From Giardia intestinalis (lineage: Eukaryota): 64,000 nt of DNA. This document shows, in pieces, positions 10,841-20,392 of this stretch. The stretch lies in the NCBI GenBank assembly GCA_000002435.2, contig CM018792.1; one strand, written 5' to 3'. Positions within the stretch are counted from its first letter, which is position 1. The number at the start of each line of letters is the position of its first letter. The notes beneath the pieces are model-generated. The model was given only the letters and a program-made list of their open reading frames with translations. It searched no databases and was not told the DNA's origin. Both the position numbers and the translations under genes were made by a program.

Positions 10841-10962
10841 TCCTCCCTCAGCCTTTGTACATATCTCACTCCACTATCATACTATCACACACTATCACCC
10901 ATTATCACCCTCTATCACACATTATCACCCATTATCATCACTCATAGCATTCACTACCTAAG

Positions 10963-12786
10963 TCACGCCTTCCCTCTACACACGAACCACCAGCAGAGGA
11001 AGCCCACGAGGCCCCCCACGACAGCGACCACAGCCACGGAGATCCCCGCGATGGCCCCCGCGGAGAGCCCGCTCCTGTTGGCGCCAGAGGACACGCACCT
11101 GCCACCCTCTAGTCTGTACCCATCACTGCACTGGCCGCACTTGTTCTCCTCGCTGCACCTGACGCACCCGTCGATACTGCAGGCGATGCACTGGGAGCCG
11201 TCCAGGCTGGGCCTCTGGTCTTTACTGGTACAGCCCTCGCACTTATCGCCTGCTCCACAGTGCGAACATCCACTAACGGTACATGCGAAGCACCCGCTCC
11301 CAGCCAGGTTGGGCTTGTTGTTGCCGCTACACGCTGTGCACGTGGCGGGGGCCATGCCAGGAGCCTCTAGCTGTGTCGGGGCTGTACATGCTGAGCAGCC
11401 ATCTACTCCCACATATGCCTTAGCAGTATCACCAGTGCCTGTCAGTGTGCCTAGGGGGTTGCTACAAGCCAACACGGACTGATCAGTGTTGGATGCCCCT
11501 GGGACCAGGAAGTACCTATTGTTGGCCGCCTCTGTGCATATCCCACTACTATCTGCTGTCTTGCACATATAGTTGCCAGGCTGAGCTGATACACTATAAC
11601 AGCCACCCATGTATAGGAAGTACCCCGTAGTACATGATGTACAGACATGGTTGTTACAAGTATTACTTTGAGCATCACTATTACATATACCATCGATAGG
11701 GAACTTATTGGTCTCTCCACAGTATGAACAATAGTGCTTTGCATTGCCCTTATCATCTATTATCATGGCATCGCAAGCTCCAGAGGTACCACCACAAGCT
11801 GTAGGATCCTCACAAGTCTTGGTACATGTGACAGAGCCAGGACTGCTATCGCTCTGCTTGCGATAGTTGGGCTTACAATCGGTGCACTTGAAAGTATTGC
11901 CATCATTCGAGCAGACACTGCATCCATCGATGCCACCTTTGGCTGTGTCACTACAAGGGACGCACTCCTTTGTTACACCCTCGGTTTTTAGGAAGTATCC
12001 CGGCATGCATTCAGTACATTTGTTAATGTCAGTTTCAGCAGTACACTTTGCACAGGTATCAGCGCATTTCTTCGTACAAGTATTAGTCTCAAGAAAACGA
12101 CCCGATAGGCATTCAGAGCACGTTGTTTTGGTACCTGCCTCCTTGGTGCATTTGTTGCAATCGGCAACACCCTTGTTTGTATTCTCATTATTTCCACTAA
12201 TATCACCACATAGATAACAGGCTGAGTCATCGTCTGCCTTGAAGTGATTCTCATCCACACATCCAGAGCTCATATCAACACAGGTTGTCGTTCCATCCAG
12301 CTCTGTCTTTACCTTCTTATTACCGCAGTCACTGCATACCGGCTTCTGTAGCTTTGCATCGTACGTGCAAGCAGTGCACTCTGGTATGCCCCCCTGCTCT
12401 GCTGCACCGTTACAGGCTGTGCACTTGCCGGTGCTTGGGTCGGGGTACTGGTTATTATCGCAGGTTTTTGAGCACGACCCGTCTGACTTCAGATAGAAGC
12501 CCGCTTTACAAGATGAACACTGATTCTGACCGGCCCCGGTACATGTGGCACAGTTGTCATTACATTTGGTACATGCCTGAGAGTCCATGTAGTATCCATC
12601 TCTGCAGGTACTACACGTGGCAGGTCCTGTACTACTGTCTGACTTGGTACACTGTGCGCAGTTAGCCACCCCCGTATATCCATCTGCTCCATTGATATCG
12701 GAGCACAGTATGCACTCCCTTCCCTTCTCTGGTGTTGCAGCCGGGTTCTTGAACAGGCCGTTAGCTGTATTACACTCAGTGCACAC
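10963..12786 (-). CDS. VSP cassette U5 (family B), identical to U2 and U7
   Basis: The 607-aa translation is identical to U2 and U7. CRGKA tail present. Confidence 0.8.
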   Translation of the reverse strand: MCTECNTANGLFKNPAATPEKGRECILCSDINGADGYTGVANCAQCTKSDSSTGPATCSTCRDGYYMDSQACTKCNDNCATCTGAGQNQCSSCKAGFYLKSDGSCSKTCDNNQYPDPSTGKCTACNGAAEQGGIPECTACTYDAKLQKPVCSDCGNKKVKTELDGTTTCVDMSSGCVDENHFKADDDSACYLCGDISGNNENTNKGVADCNKCTKEAGTKTTCSECLSGRFLETNTCTKKCADTCAKCTAETDINKCTECMPGYFLKTEGVTKECVPCSDTAKGGIDGCSVCSNDGNTFKCTDCKPNYRKQSDSSPGSVTCTKTCEDPTACGGTSGACDAMIIDDKGNAKHYCSYCGETNKFPIDGICNSDAQSNTCNNHVCTSCTTGYFLYMGGCYSVSAQPGNYMCKTADSSGICTEAANNRYFLVPGASNTDQSVLACSNPLGTLTGTGDTAKAYVGVDGCSACTAPTQLEAPGMAPATCTACSGNNKPNLAGSGCFACTVSGCSHCGAGDKCEGCTSKDQRPSLDGSQCIACSIDGCVRCSEENKCGQCSDGYRLEGGRCVSSGANRSGLSAGAIAGISVAVVAVVGGLVGFLCWWFVCRGKA

Positions 12787-12908
12787 TCCTCCCTCAGCCT
12801 TTGTACATATCTCACTCCACTATCATACTATCACACACTATCACCCATTATCACCCTCTATCACACATTATCACCCATTATCATCACTCATAGCATTCAC
12901 TACCTAAG

Positions 12909-14603
12909 TCACGCCTTCCCTCTACACACGAACCACCAGCAGAGGAAGCCCACGAGGCCCCCCACGACAGCGACCACAGCCACGGAGATCCCCGCGATGG
13001 CCCCCGCGGAGAGCCCGCTCCTGTTGGCGCCAGAGGACACACACTTACCATTGTCTAGACTGAAGCCACTGTTGCACTCCCCACACACACCGTCCACCAC
13101 ACAGCTCTTACAACCACCCACAGAGCACAGGACACACCCACTGCCGTCCCTGTTGGGCTTCCTATCACTGTCACAGGAGGTACACACAGCAGCAGCCATA
13201 CCACCCTCAGTCAGAGCTGTTGGGGCTGTGCACTGTGAGCAGCCATCCACCCCCACGTATGCCTTAGCAGTACCTTGAGGGTCTACTAGTGTGCCTAGGG
13301 GGTTGCCACAGGCTAGTACAGACTGATCAGTAGCCTTTGCTTCTGGGACTACGAAGTACCTATCATTGGCATTGGGAGTAGTACAGACACCAGCTGTTGT
13401 TGCTTCGGAGCACATGAGGCTACCAGGCACCTCTGTTGCTTTATAACAGCCACCCATATAGAGGAAGTAGTTGTTGGTGCACCGCGTACATACACCATCG
13501 GCGCAGGTATTACCTGCAAGTGCATTGGTGCACTTCCCATTAATGGGGCCATAGCCGGCGCCAACACACTTTGAACAGTAAGAGAGCATGCTGCCGTCGT
13601 TGCCGACCACGATGGCGTCGCAGGCCCCTGCTGTCCCCCCGCATGCAGTCTCATCTTCACAGGTCTTTGTACACGTATAGTCATCCCCTGCATCTCCATT
13701 AAGCTGTTTCTTATAGTTAGGCTTACAGTCAGTACATTTGAATCCACCACTGTTAGAGCATGCACTGCACCCATCGCGGCCACCATTTGCTGTATCACTA
13801 CATGAGATGCACTCACCAGAGGAGCTATCCTTCAAGAAGTACCCTTGCTTGCAGGTCGTGCATTGGTCTTTTGTATCCTTAGCACAGGTGGCACAGTTCT
13901 CACCACAGGCTGTGCATGTAGCGGTATTACCACTTGCACTATTGTAATATCCATCGAGGCACTTTGTACATGTAGTTTTAGAGGAGCAGGTATCACAACC
14001 TAGAATCCCACCATTTTTAGTATCACCACATGGAACACAAGCTTTTGGAGATTGTTCAAGGAAGTGCGTATTGCCACTTGTGCACTCTGCCTCCGCAACA
14101 CACGTCGCTGACCCATCGGGGTTCACCTTAAGAAGCAGGTTTCCTCCACTATTACACCCAGTGCACACAGGCTTCTGAAGAGTGTCGCTGTATGCACACG
14201 TAGCACATTCATTGACACTTGTGTCCGTGCAGGCCTTGCATTGGCCTGTTTTTGGGTCTGCATACTTACCATTGTCACATTGATTAGCATCCACACACTT
14301 GTCAGCCTTCAGGAACTTCCCCTCAACGCAGGCGGTACACTGAGTCGGAGTATCAGCTGAGCAGGCAGAGCAGCCCTCTCCGCACTTCACACATGCACTG
14401 TCCTTCTTAACGAACCCATCTTGACAGGCAGTACATGTGACAGGTCCTGCACTCTGTGGTGCCTGACACTGTGCGCAGTTAGCCACCCCCGTATATCCAT
14501 CTGCTCCCTTGATATCATGACAGAGGATGCACTCACTACCCTTCTCTGGTGTTGCAGCCGGGTTCTTGAACAGGCCGTTAGCTGTATTACACTCAGTGCA
14601 CAC
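12909..14603 (-). CDS. VSP cassette U6 (B-type first 22 aa, C body, short C/D tail), 5'-truncated
   Basis: 564 aa. Starts CTECNTANGLFKNPAATPEKG (B), then SECILCHDIKGADGY... (C). Tail ...CVLCSVGGCKSCVVDGVCGECNSGFSLDNGKCVSSGANRSG..CRGKA. Confidence 0.8.
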   Translation of the reverse strand: MCTECNTANGLFKNPAATPEKGSECILCHDIKGADGYTGVANCAQCQAPQSAGPVTCTACQDGFVKKDSACVKCGEGCSACSADTPTQCTACVEGKFLKADKCVDANQCDNGKYADPKTGQCKACTDTSVNECATCAYSDTLQKPVCTGCNSGGNLLLKVNPDGSATCVAEAECTSGNTHFLEQSPKACVPCGDTKNGGILGCDTCSSKTTCTKCLDGYYNSASGNTATCTACGENCATCAKDTKDQCTTCKQGYFLKDSSSGECISCSDTANGGRDGCSACSNSGGFKCTDCKPNYKKQLNGDAGDDYTCTKTCEDETACGGTAGACDAIVVGNDGSMLSYCSKCVGAGYGPINGKCTNALAGNTCADGVCTRCTNNYFLYMGGCYKATEVPGSLMCSEATTAGVCTTPNANDRYFVVPEAKATDQSVLACGNPLGTLVDPQGTAKAYVGVDGCSQCTAPTALTEGGMAAAVCTSCDSDRKPNRDGSGCVLCSVGGCKSCVVDGVCGECNSGFSLDNGKCVSSGANRSGLSAGAIAGISVAVVAVVGGLVGFLCWWFVCRGKA

Positions 14604-14725
14604 TCCTCCCTCAGCCTTTGTACATATCTCACTCCACTATCATACTATCACACGCTATCACCCATTATCACCCTCTATCACACATTATCACCCATTATCA
14701 TCACTCATAGCATTCACTACCTAAG

Positions 14726-16549
14726 TCACGCCTTCCCTCTACACACGAACCACCAGCAGAGGAAGCCCACGAGGCCCCCCACGACAGCGACCACAGCCAC
14801 GGAGATCCCCGCGATGGCCCCCGCGGAGAGCCCGCTCCTGTTGGCGCCAGAGGACACGCACCTGCCACCCTCTAGTCTGTACCCATCACTGCACTGGCCG
14901 CACTTGTTCTCCTCGCTGCACCTGACGCACCCGTCGATACTGCAGGCGATGCACTGGGAGCCGTCCAGGCTGGGCCTCTGGTCTTTACTGGTACAGCCCT
15001 CGCACTTATCGCCTGCTCCACAGTGCGAACATCCACTAACGGTACATGCGAAGCACCCGCTCCCAGCCAGGTTGGGCTTGTTGTTGCCGCTACACGCTGT
15101 GCACGTGGCGGGGGCCATGCCAGGAGCCTCTAGCTGTGTCGGGGCTGTACATGCTGAGCAGCCATCTACTCCCACATATGCCTTAGCAGTATCACCAGTG
15201 CCTGTCAGTGTGCCTAGGGGGTTGCTACAAGCCAACACGGACTGATCAGTGTTGGATGCCCCTGGGACCAGGAAGTACCTATTGTTGGCCGCCTCTGTGC
15301 ATATCCCACTACTATCTGCTGTCTTGCACATATAGTTGCCAGGCTGAGCTGATACACTATAACAGCCACCCATGTATAGGAAGTACCCCGTAGTACATGA
15401 TGTACAGACATGGTTGTTACAAGTATTACTTTGAGCATCACTATTACATATACCATCGATAGGGAACTTATTGGTCTCTCCACAGTATGAACAATAGTGC
15501 TTTGCATTGCCCTTATCATCTATTATCATGGCATCGCAAGCTCCAGAGGTACCACCACAAGCTGTAGGATCCTCACAAGTCTTGGTACATGTGACAGAGC
15601 CAGGACTGCTATCGCTCTGCTTGCGATAGTTGGGCTTACAATCGGTGCACTTGAAAGTATTGCCATCATTCGAGCAGACACTGCATCCATCGATGCCACC
15701 TTTGGCTGTGTCACTACAAGGGACGCACTCCTTTGTTACACCCTCGGTTTTTAGGAAGTATCCCGGCATGCATTCAGTACATTTGTTAATGTCAGTTTCA
15801 GCAGTACACTTTGCACAGGTATCAGCGCATTTCTTCGTACAAGTATTAGTCTCAAGAAAACGACCCGATAGGCATTCAGAGCACGTTGTTTTGGTACCTG
15901 CCTCCTTGGTGCATTTGTTGCAATCGGCAACACCCTTGTTTGTATTCTCATTATTTCCACTAATATCACCACATAGATAACAGGCTGAGTCATCGTCTGC
16001 CTTGAAGTGATTCTCATCCACACATCCAGAGCTCATATCAACACAGGTTGTCGTTCCATCCAGCTCTGTCTTTACCTTCTTATTACCGCAGTCACTGCAT
16101 ACCGGCTTCTGTAGCTTTGCATCGTACGTGCAAGCAGTGCACTCTGGTATGCCCCCCTGCTCTGCTGCACCGTTACAGGCTGTGCACTTGCCGGTGCTTG
16201 GGTCGGGGTACTGGTTATTATCGCAGGTTTTTGAGCACGACCCGTCTGACTTCAGATAGAAGCCCGCTTTACAAGATGAACACTGATTCTGACCGGCCCC
16301 GGTACATGTGGCACAGTTGTCATTACATTTGGTACATGCCTGAGAGTCCATGTAGTATCCATCTCTGCAGGTACTACACGTGGCAGGTCCTGTACTACTG
16401 TCTGACTTGGTACACTGTGCGCAGTTAGCCACCCCCGTATATCCATCTGCTCCATTGATATCGGAGCACAGTATGCACTCCCTTCCCTTCTCTGGTGTTG
16501 CAGCCGGGTTCTTGAACAGGCCGTTAGCTGTATTACACTCAGTGCACAC
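14726..16549 (-). CDS. VSP cassette U7 (family B), identical to U2 and U5
   Basis: 607-aa translation identical to U2 and U5. The 3763-bp period U5+U6 = U7+U8 marks a higher-order repeat. Confidence 0.8.
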   Translation of the reverse strand: MCTECNTANGLFKNPAATPEKGRECILCSDINGADGYTGVANCAQCTKSDSSTGPATCSTCRDGYYMDSQACTKCNDNCATCTGAGQNQCSSCKAGFYLKSDGSCSKTCDNNQYPDPSTGKCTACNGAAEQGGIPECTACTYDAKLQKPVCSDCGNKKVKTELDGTTTCVDMSSGCVDENHFKADDDSACYLCGDISGNNENTNKGVADCNKCTKEAGTKTTCSECLSGRFLETNTCTKKCADTCAKCTAETDINKCTECMPGYFLKTEGVTKECVPCSDTAKGGIDGCSVCSNDGNTFKCTDCKPNYRKQSDSSPGSVTCTKTCEDPTACGGTSGACDAMIIDDKGNAKHYCSYCGETNKFPIDGICNSDAQSNTCNNHVCTSCTTGYFLYMGGCYSVSAQPGNYMCKTADSSGICTEAANNRYFLVPGASNTDQSVLACSNPLGTLTGTGDTAKAYVGVDGCSACTAPTQLEAPGMAPATCTACSGNNKPNLAGSGCFACTVSGCSHCGAGDKCEGCTSKDQRPSLDGSQCIACSIDGCVRCSEENKCGQCSDGYRLEGGRCVSSGANRSGLSAGAIAGISVAVVAVVGGLVGFLCWWFVCRGKA

Positions 16550-16671
16550 TCCTCCCTCAGCCTTTGTACATATCTCACTCCACTATCATACTATCACACA
16601 CTATCACCCATTATCACCCTCTATCACACATTATCACCCATTATCATCACTCATAGCATTCACTACCTAAG

Positions 16672-18366
16672 TCACGCCTTCCCTCTACACACGAACCACC
16701 AGCAGAGGAAGCCCACGAGGCCCCCCACGACAGCGATGACAGCGACGGAGATCCCCGCGATGGCCCCCGTGGAGAGCCCGCTCCTGTTGGCGCCAGAGGA
16801 CACACACTTACCATTGTCTAGACTGAAGCCACTGTTGCACTCCCCACACACACCGTCCACCACACAGCTCTTACAACCACCCACAGAGCACAGGACACAC
16901 CCACTGCCGTCCCTGTTGGGCTTCCTATCACTGTCACAGGAGGTACACACAGCAGCAGCCATACCACCCTCAGTCAGAGCTGTTGGGGCTGTGCACTGTG
17001 AGCAGCCATCCACCCCCACGTATGCCTTAGCAGTACCTTGAGGGTCTACTAGTGTGCCTAGGGGGTTGCCACAGGCTAGTACAGACTGATCAGTAGCCTT
17101 TGCTTCTGGGACTACGAAGTACCTATCATTGGCATTGGGAGTAGTACAGACACCAGCTGTTGTTGCTTCGGAGCACATGAGGCTACCAGGCACCTCTGTT
17201 GCTTTATAACAGCCACCCATATAGAGGAAGTAGTTGTTGGTGCACCGCGTACATACACCATCGGCGCAGGTATTACCTGCAAGTGCATTGGTGCACTTCC
17301 CATTAATGGGGCCATAGCCGGCGCCAACACACTTTGAACAGTAAGAGAGCATGCTGCCGTCGTTGCCGACCACGATGGCGTCGCAGGCCCCTGCTGTCCC
17401 CCCGCATGCAGTCTCATCTTCACAGGTCTTTGTACACGTATAGTCATCCCCTGCATCTCCATTAAGCTGTTTCTTATAGTTAGGCTTACAGTCAGTACAT
17501 TTGAATCCACCACTGTTAGAGCATGCACTGCACCCATCGCGGCCACCATTTGCTGTATCACTACATGAGATGCACTCACCAGAGGAGCTATCCTTCAAGA
17601 AGTACCCTTGCTTGCAGGTCGTGCATTGGTCTTTTGTATCCTTAGCACAGGTGGCACAGTTCTCACCACAGGCTGTGCATGTAGCGGTATTACCACTTGC
17701 ACTATTGTAATATCCATCGAGGCACTTTGTACATGTAGTTTTAGAGGAGCAGGTATCACAACCTAGAATCCCACCATTTTTAGTATCACCACATGGAACA
17801 CAAGCTTTTGGAGATTGTTCAAGGAAGTGCGTATTGCCACTTGTGCACTCTGCCTCCGCAACACACGTCGCTGACCCATCGGGGTTCACCTTAAGAAGCA
17901 GGTTTCCTCCACTATTACACCCAGTGCACACAGGCTTCTGAAGAGTGTCGCTGTATGCACACGTAGCACATTCATTGACACTTGTGTCCGTGCAGGCCTT
18001 GCATTGGCCTGTTTTTGGGTCTGCATACTTACCATTGTCACATTGATTAGCATCCACACACTTGTCAGCCTTCAGGAACTTCCCCTCAACGCAGGCGGTA
18101 CACTGAGTCGGAGTATCAGCTGAGCAGGCAGAGCAGCCCTCTCCGCACTTCACACATGCACTGTCCTTCTTAACGAACCCATCTTGACAGGCAGTACATG
18201 TGACAGGTCCTGCACTCTGTGGTGCCTGACACTGTGCGCAGTTAGCCACCCCCGTATATCCATCTGCTCCCTTGATATCATGACAGAGGATGCACTCACT
18301 ACCCTTCTCTGGTGTTGCAGCAGGGTTCTTGAACAGGCCGTTATCTGCCTTACAAGTAGTGCACAC
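16672..18366 (-). CDS. VSP cassette U8 (family C), near-identical to U6
   Basis: 564 aa. Differs from U6 only in the first ~8 aa and in the TM region (STGAIAGISVAVIAVV). Confidence 0.8.
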   Translation of the reverse strand: MCTTCKADNGLFKNPAATPEKGSECILCHDIKGADGYTGVANCAQCQAPQSAGPVTCTACQDGFVKKDSACVKCGEGCSACSADTPTQCTACVEGKFLKADKCVDANQCDNGKYADPKTGQCKACTDTSVNECATCAYSDTLQKPVCTGCNSGGNLLLKVNPDGSATCVAEAECTSGNTHFLEQSPKACVPCGDTKNGGILGCDTCSSKTTCTKCLDGYYNSASGNTATCTACGENCATCAKDTKDQCTTCKQGYFLKDSSSGECISCSDTANGGRDGCSACSNSGGFKCTDCKPNYKKQLNGDAGDDYTCTKTCEDETACGGTAGACDAIVVGNDGSMLSYCSKCVGAGYGPINGKCTNALAGNTCADGVCTRCTNNYFLYMGGCYKATEVPGSLMCSEATTAGVCTTPNANDRYFVVPEAKATDQSVLACGNPLGTLVDPQGTAKAYVGVDGCSQCTAPTALTEGGMAAAVCTSCDSDRKPNRDGSGCVLCSVGGCKSCVVDGVCGECNSGFSLDNGKCVSSGANRSGLSTGAIAGISVAVIAVVGGLVGFLCWWFVCRGKA

Positions 18367-18488
18367 TCCTCCCTCAGCCTTTGTACATATCTCACTCCAC
18401 TATCATACTATCACACACTATCACCCATTATCACCCTCTATCACACATTATCACCCATTATCATCACTCATAGCATTCACTACCTAAG

Positions 18489-20333
18489 TCACGCCTTCCC
18501 TCTACACACGAACCACCAGCAGAGGAAGCCCACGAGGCCCCCCACGACAGCGACCACAGCCACGGAGATCCCCGCGATGGCCCCCGCGGAGAGCCCGCTC
18601 CTGTTGGCGCCAGAGGACACGCACCTGCCACCCTCTAGTCTGTACCCATCACTGCACTGGCCGCACTTGTTCTCCTCGCTGCACCTGACGCACCCGTCGA
18701 TACTGCAGGCGATGCACTGGGAGCCGTCCAGGCTGGGCCTCTGGTCTTTACTGGTACAGCCCTCGCACTTATCGCCTGCTCCACAGTGCGAACATCCACT
18801 AACGGTACATGCGAAGCACCCGCTCCCAGCCAGGTTGGGCTTGTTGTTGCCGCTACACGCTGTGCACGTGGCGGGGGCCATGCCAGGAGCCTCTAGCTGT
18901 GTCGGGGCTGTACATGCTGAGCAGCCATCTACTCCCACATATGCCTTAGCAGTATCACCAGTGCCTGTCAGTGTGCCTAGGGGGTTGCTACAAGCCAACA
19001 CGGACTGATCAGTGTTGGATGCCCCTGGGACCAGGAAGTACTTATTACTTGCTGCCTCTGTGCATATCCCATTACTACTTGATGCCTTGCACATGAAGCT
19101 ACCTGGTTCTTGACCAACCTTATAACAGCCTCCCATATATAAGAAGTACCCTTGAGCACACTGTGTACATGTATGACTGTCACAGGTATTAGTTCCTTTC
19201 TTATTATTATCACTAGTACATATACCATCAATAGGGAACTTATTAGCCTCTCCACAGTAAGAACAATAGTGCTTTGTGGTGCCCTGATCATCTATTATCA
19301 TGGCATCACAGGCGCCAGAGGTACCACCGCAAGCCGTTGTATCCTCGCAGGTCTTTGTACATGTGACCCCAGTTGAAGGGGTACCGTTTTGCTTGTAGTT
19401 GGGCTTACAGGAGTTGCAGGTCAACGAGCCAGAGAAGGTGCACGTTGCACATCCATCGATGCCCCCCTGTGCATTATCACAAGCAACGCACTCACCAGTA
19501 GGACCACTGCCTTTCATGAAGAATCCAGGCTTGCATTTAGTACACTGATTATTGCCAGTTTGAGTGCAGGTGGCACAATTATCACCACAGGCTGCGCATG
19601 TAACCGTACCACTACCACTACTGTAGTATCCAGCTAAGCACTCTGAGCAGGTTGGATTGGCACTTGCTGTCTTCGTGCAAGCCTTACAGCCAGCAATGCC
19701 TTTGTTCTTTGGGTCTGATCCGCTGGTATCGCTGCACAAGACACACGCAGCATCACCATCTGCCTTGAAGTGATCAGCATCCTCGCAGCCAGAGCTTATA
19801 TCGACGCATGTCGTGGTGCCATCGATGGCCGTCTTCACCTTCTTATTGTTATTACAGGCGGTGCACTGGGGCTTACTGACAGTCGCATTGTACTTACAGG
19901 TAGTACATGCTTGATCTATCGTACTGCATTCCTTGCACGTTCCAGACTCTGGGTCTGGATAAACGGTGCTCGTGCATTGATCACTAGTTACGCAAGTCTT
20001 ATCACCCTTCAAGTACTTCCCCTCTGGACACGATGTGCACTGGGCCGCCGATGTCTCACAGGTCAGACAAGTACCATCACACTTGCTACATGCCTGAAAG
20101 TCCTTGTAGTACCCTGCTTGACAGGCAGTACACGTGGCTGCCCCCTTATTACTATCTGACTTGGTGCATGTGGCGCAGTTAGCCACCCCCGTATACCCAT
20201 CTGCTCCCGTGGCATCATGACAGAGTATGCACTCATTACCAGGGGTCACCTTCTCTGCCCCATTCTGGAATATGTACTGGTTATCTGTCTTACAAGCAGT
20301 GCACACTCCATCCTTGGCTGCTGTGCATATCAT
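18489..20333 (-). CDS. VSP cassette U9 (D-type first ~35 aa, A body, B tail); fortuitous ATG, no signal peptide
   Basis: 614 aa. MICTAAKDGVCTACKTDNQYIFQNGAEKVTPGNECILCHDATGADGY, then A-type body, then B-type C-terminal block. ATG at 20331-20333 but no signal sequence. Confidence 0.8.
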   Translation of the reverse strand: MICTAAKDGVCTACKTDNQYIFQNGAEKVTPGNECILCHDATGADGYTGVANCATCTKSDSNKGAATCTACQAGYYKDFQACSKCDGTCLTCETSAAQCTSCPEGKYLKGDKTCVTSDQCTSTVYPDPESGTCKECSTIDQACTTCKYNATVSKPQCTACNNNKKVKTAIDGTTTCVDISSGCEDADHFKADGDAACVLCSDTSGSDPKNKGIAGCKACTKTASANPTCSECLAGYYSSGSGTVTCAACGDNCATCTQTGNNQCTKCKPGFFMKGSGPTGECVACDNAQGGIDGCATCTFSGSLTCNSCKPNYKQNGTPSTGVTCTKTCEDTTACGGTSGACDAMIIDDQGTTKHYCSYCGEANKFPIDGICTSDNNKKGTNTCDSHTCTQCAQGYFLYMGGCYKVGQEPGSFMCKASSSNGICTEAASNKYFLVPGASNTDQSVLACSNPLGTLTGTGDTAKAYVGVDGCSACTAPTQLEAPGMAPATCTACSGNNKPNLAGSGCFACTVSGCSHCGAGDKCEGCTSKDQRPSLDGSQCIACSIDGCVRCSEENKCGQCSDGYRLEGGRCVSSGANRSGLSAGAIAGISVAVVAVVGGLVGFLCWWFVCRGKA

Positions 20334-20392
20334 ACTCCACTATCACCCTCTATCACACACTATCACACACTGTACAGCATTCACTACCTAAG

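Noticed and set aside
10658-11482. Long plus-strand ORFs (up to 274 aa) recurring across the array, all containing ...[27 protein letters not shown]...
   Set aside because: They are the antisense translation of the VSP TM-CRGKA region and Cys/Thr/Gly-rich body (codon-composition artefact). No motifs and no independent start context. The same pattern repeats with every unit.
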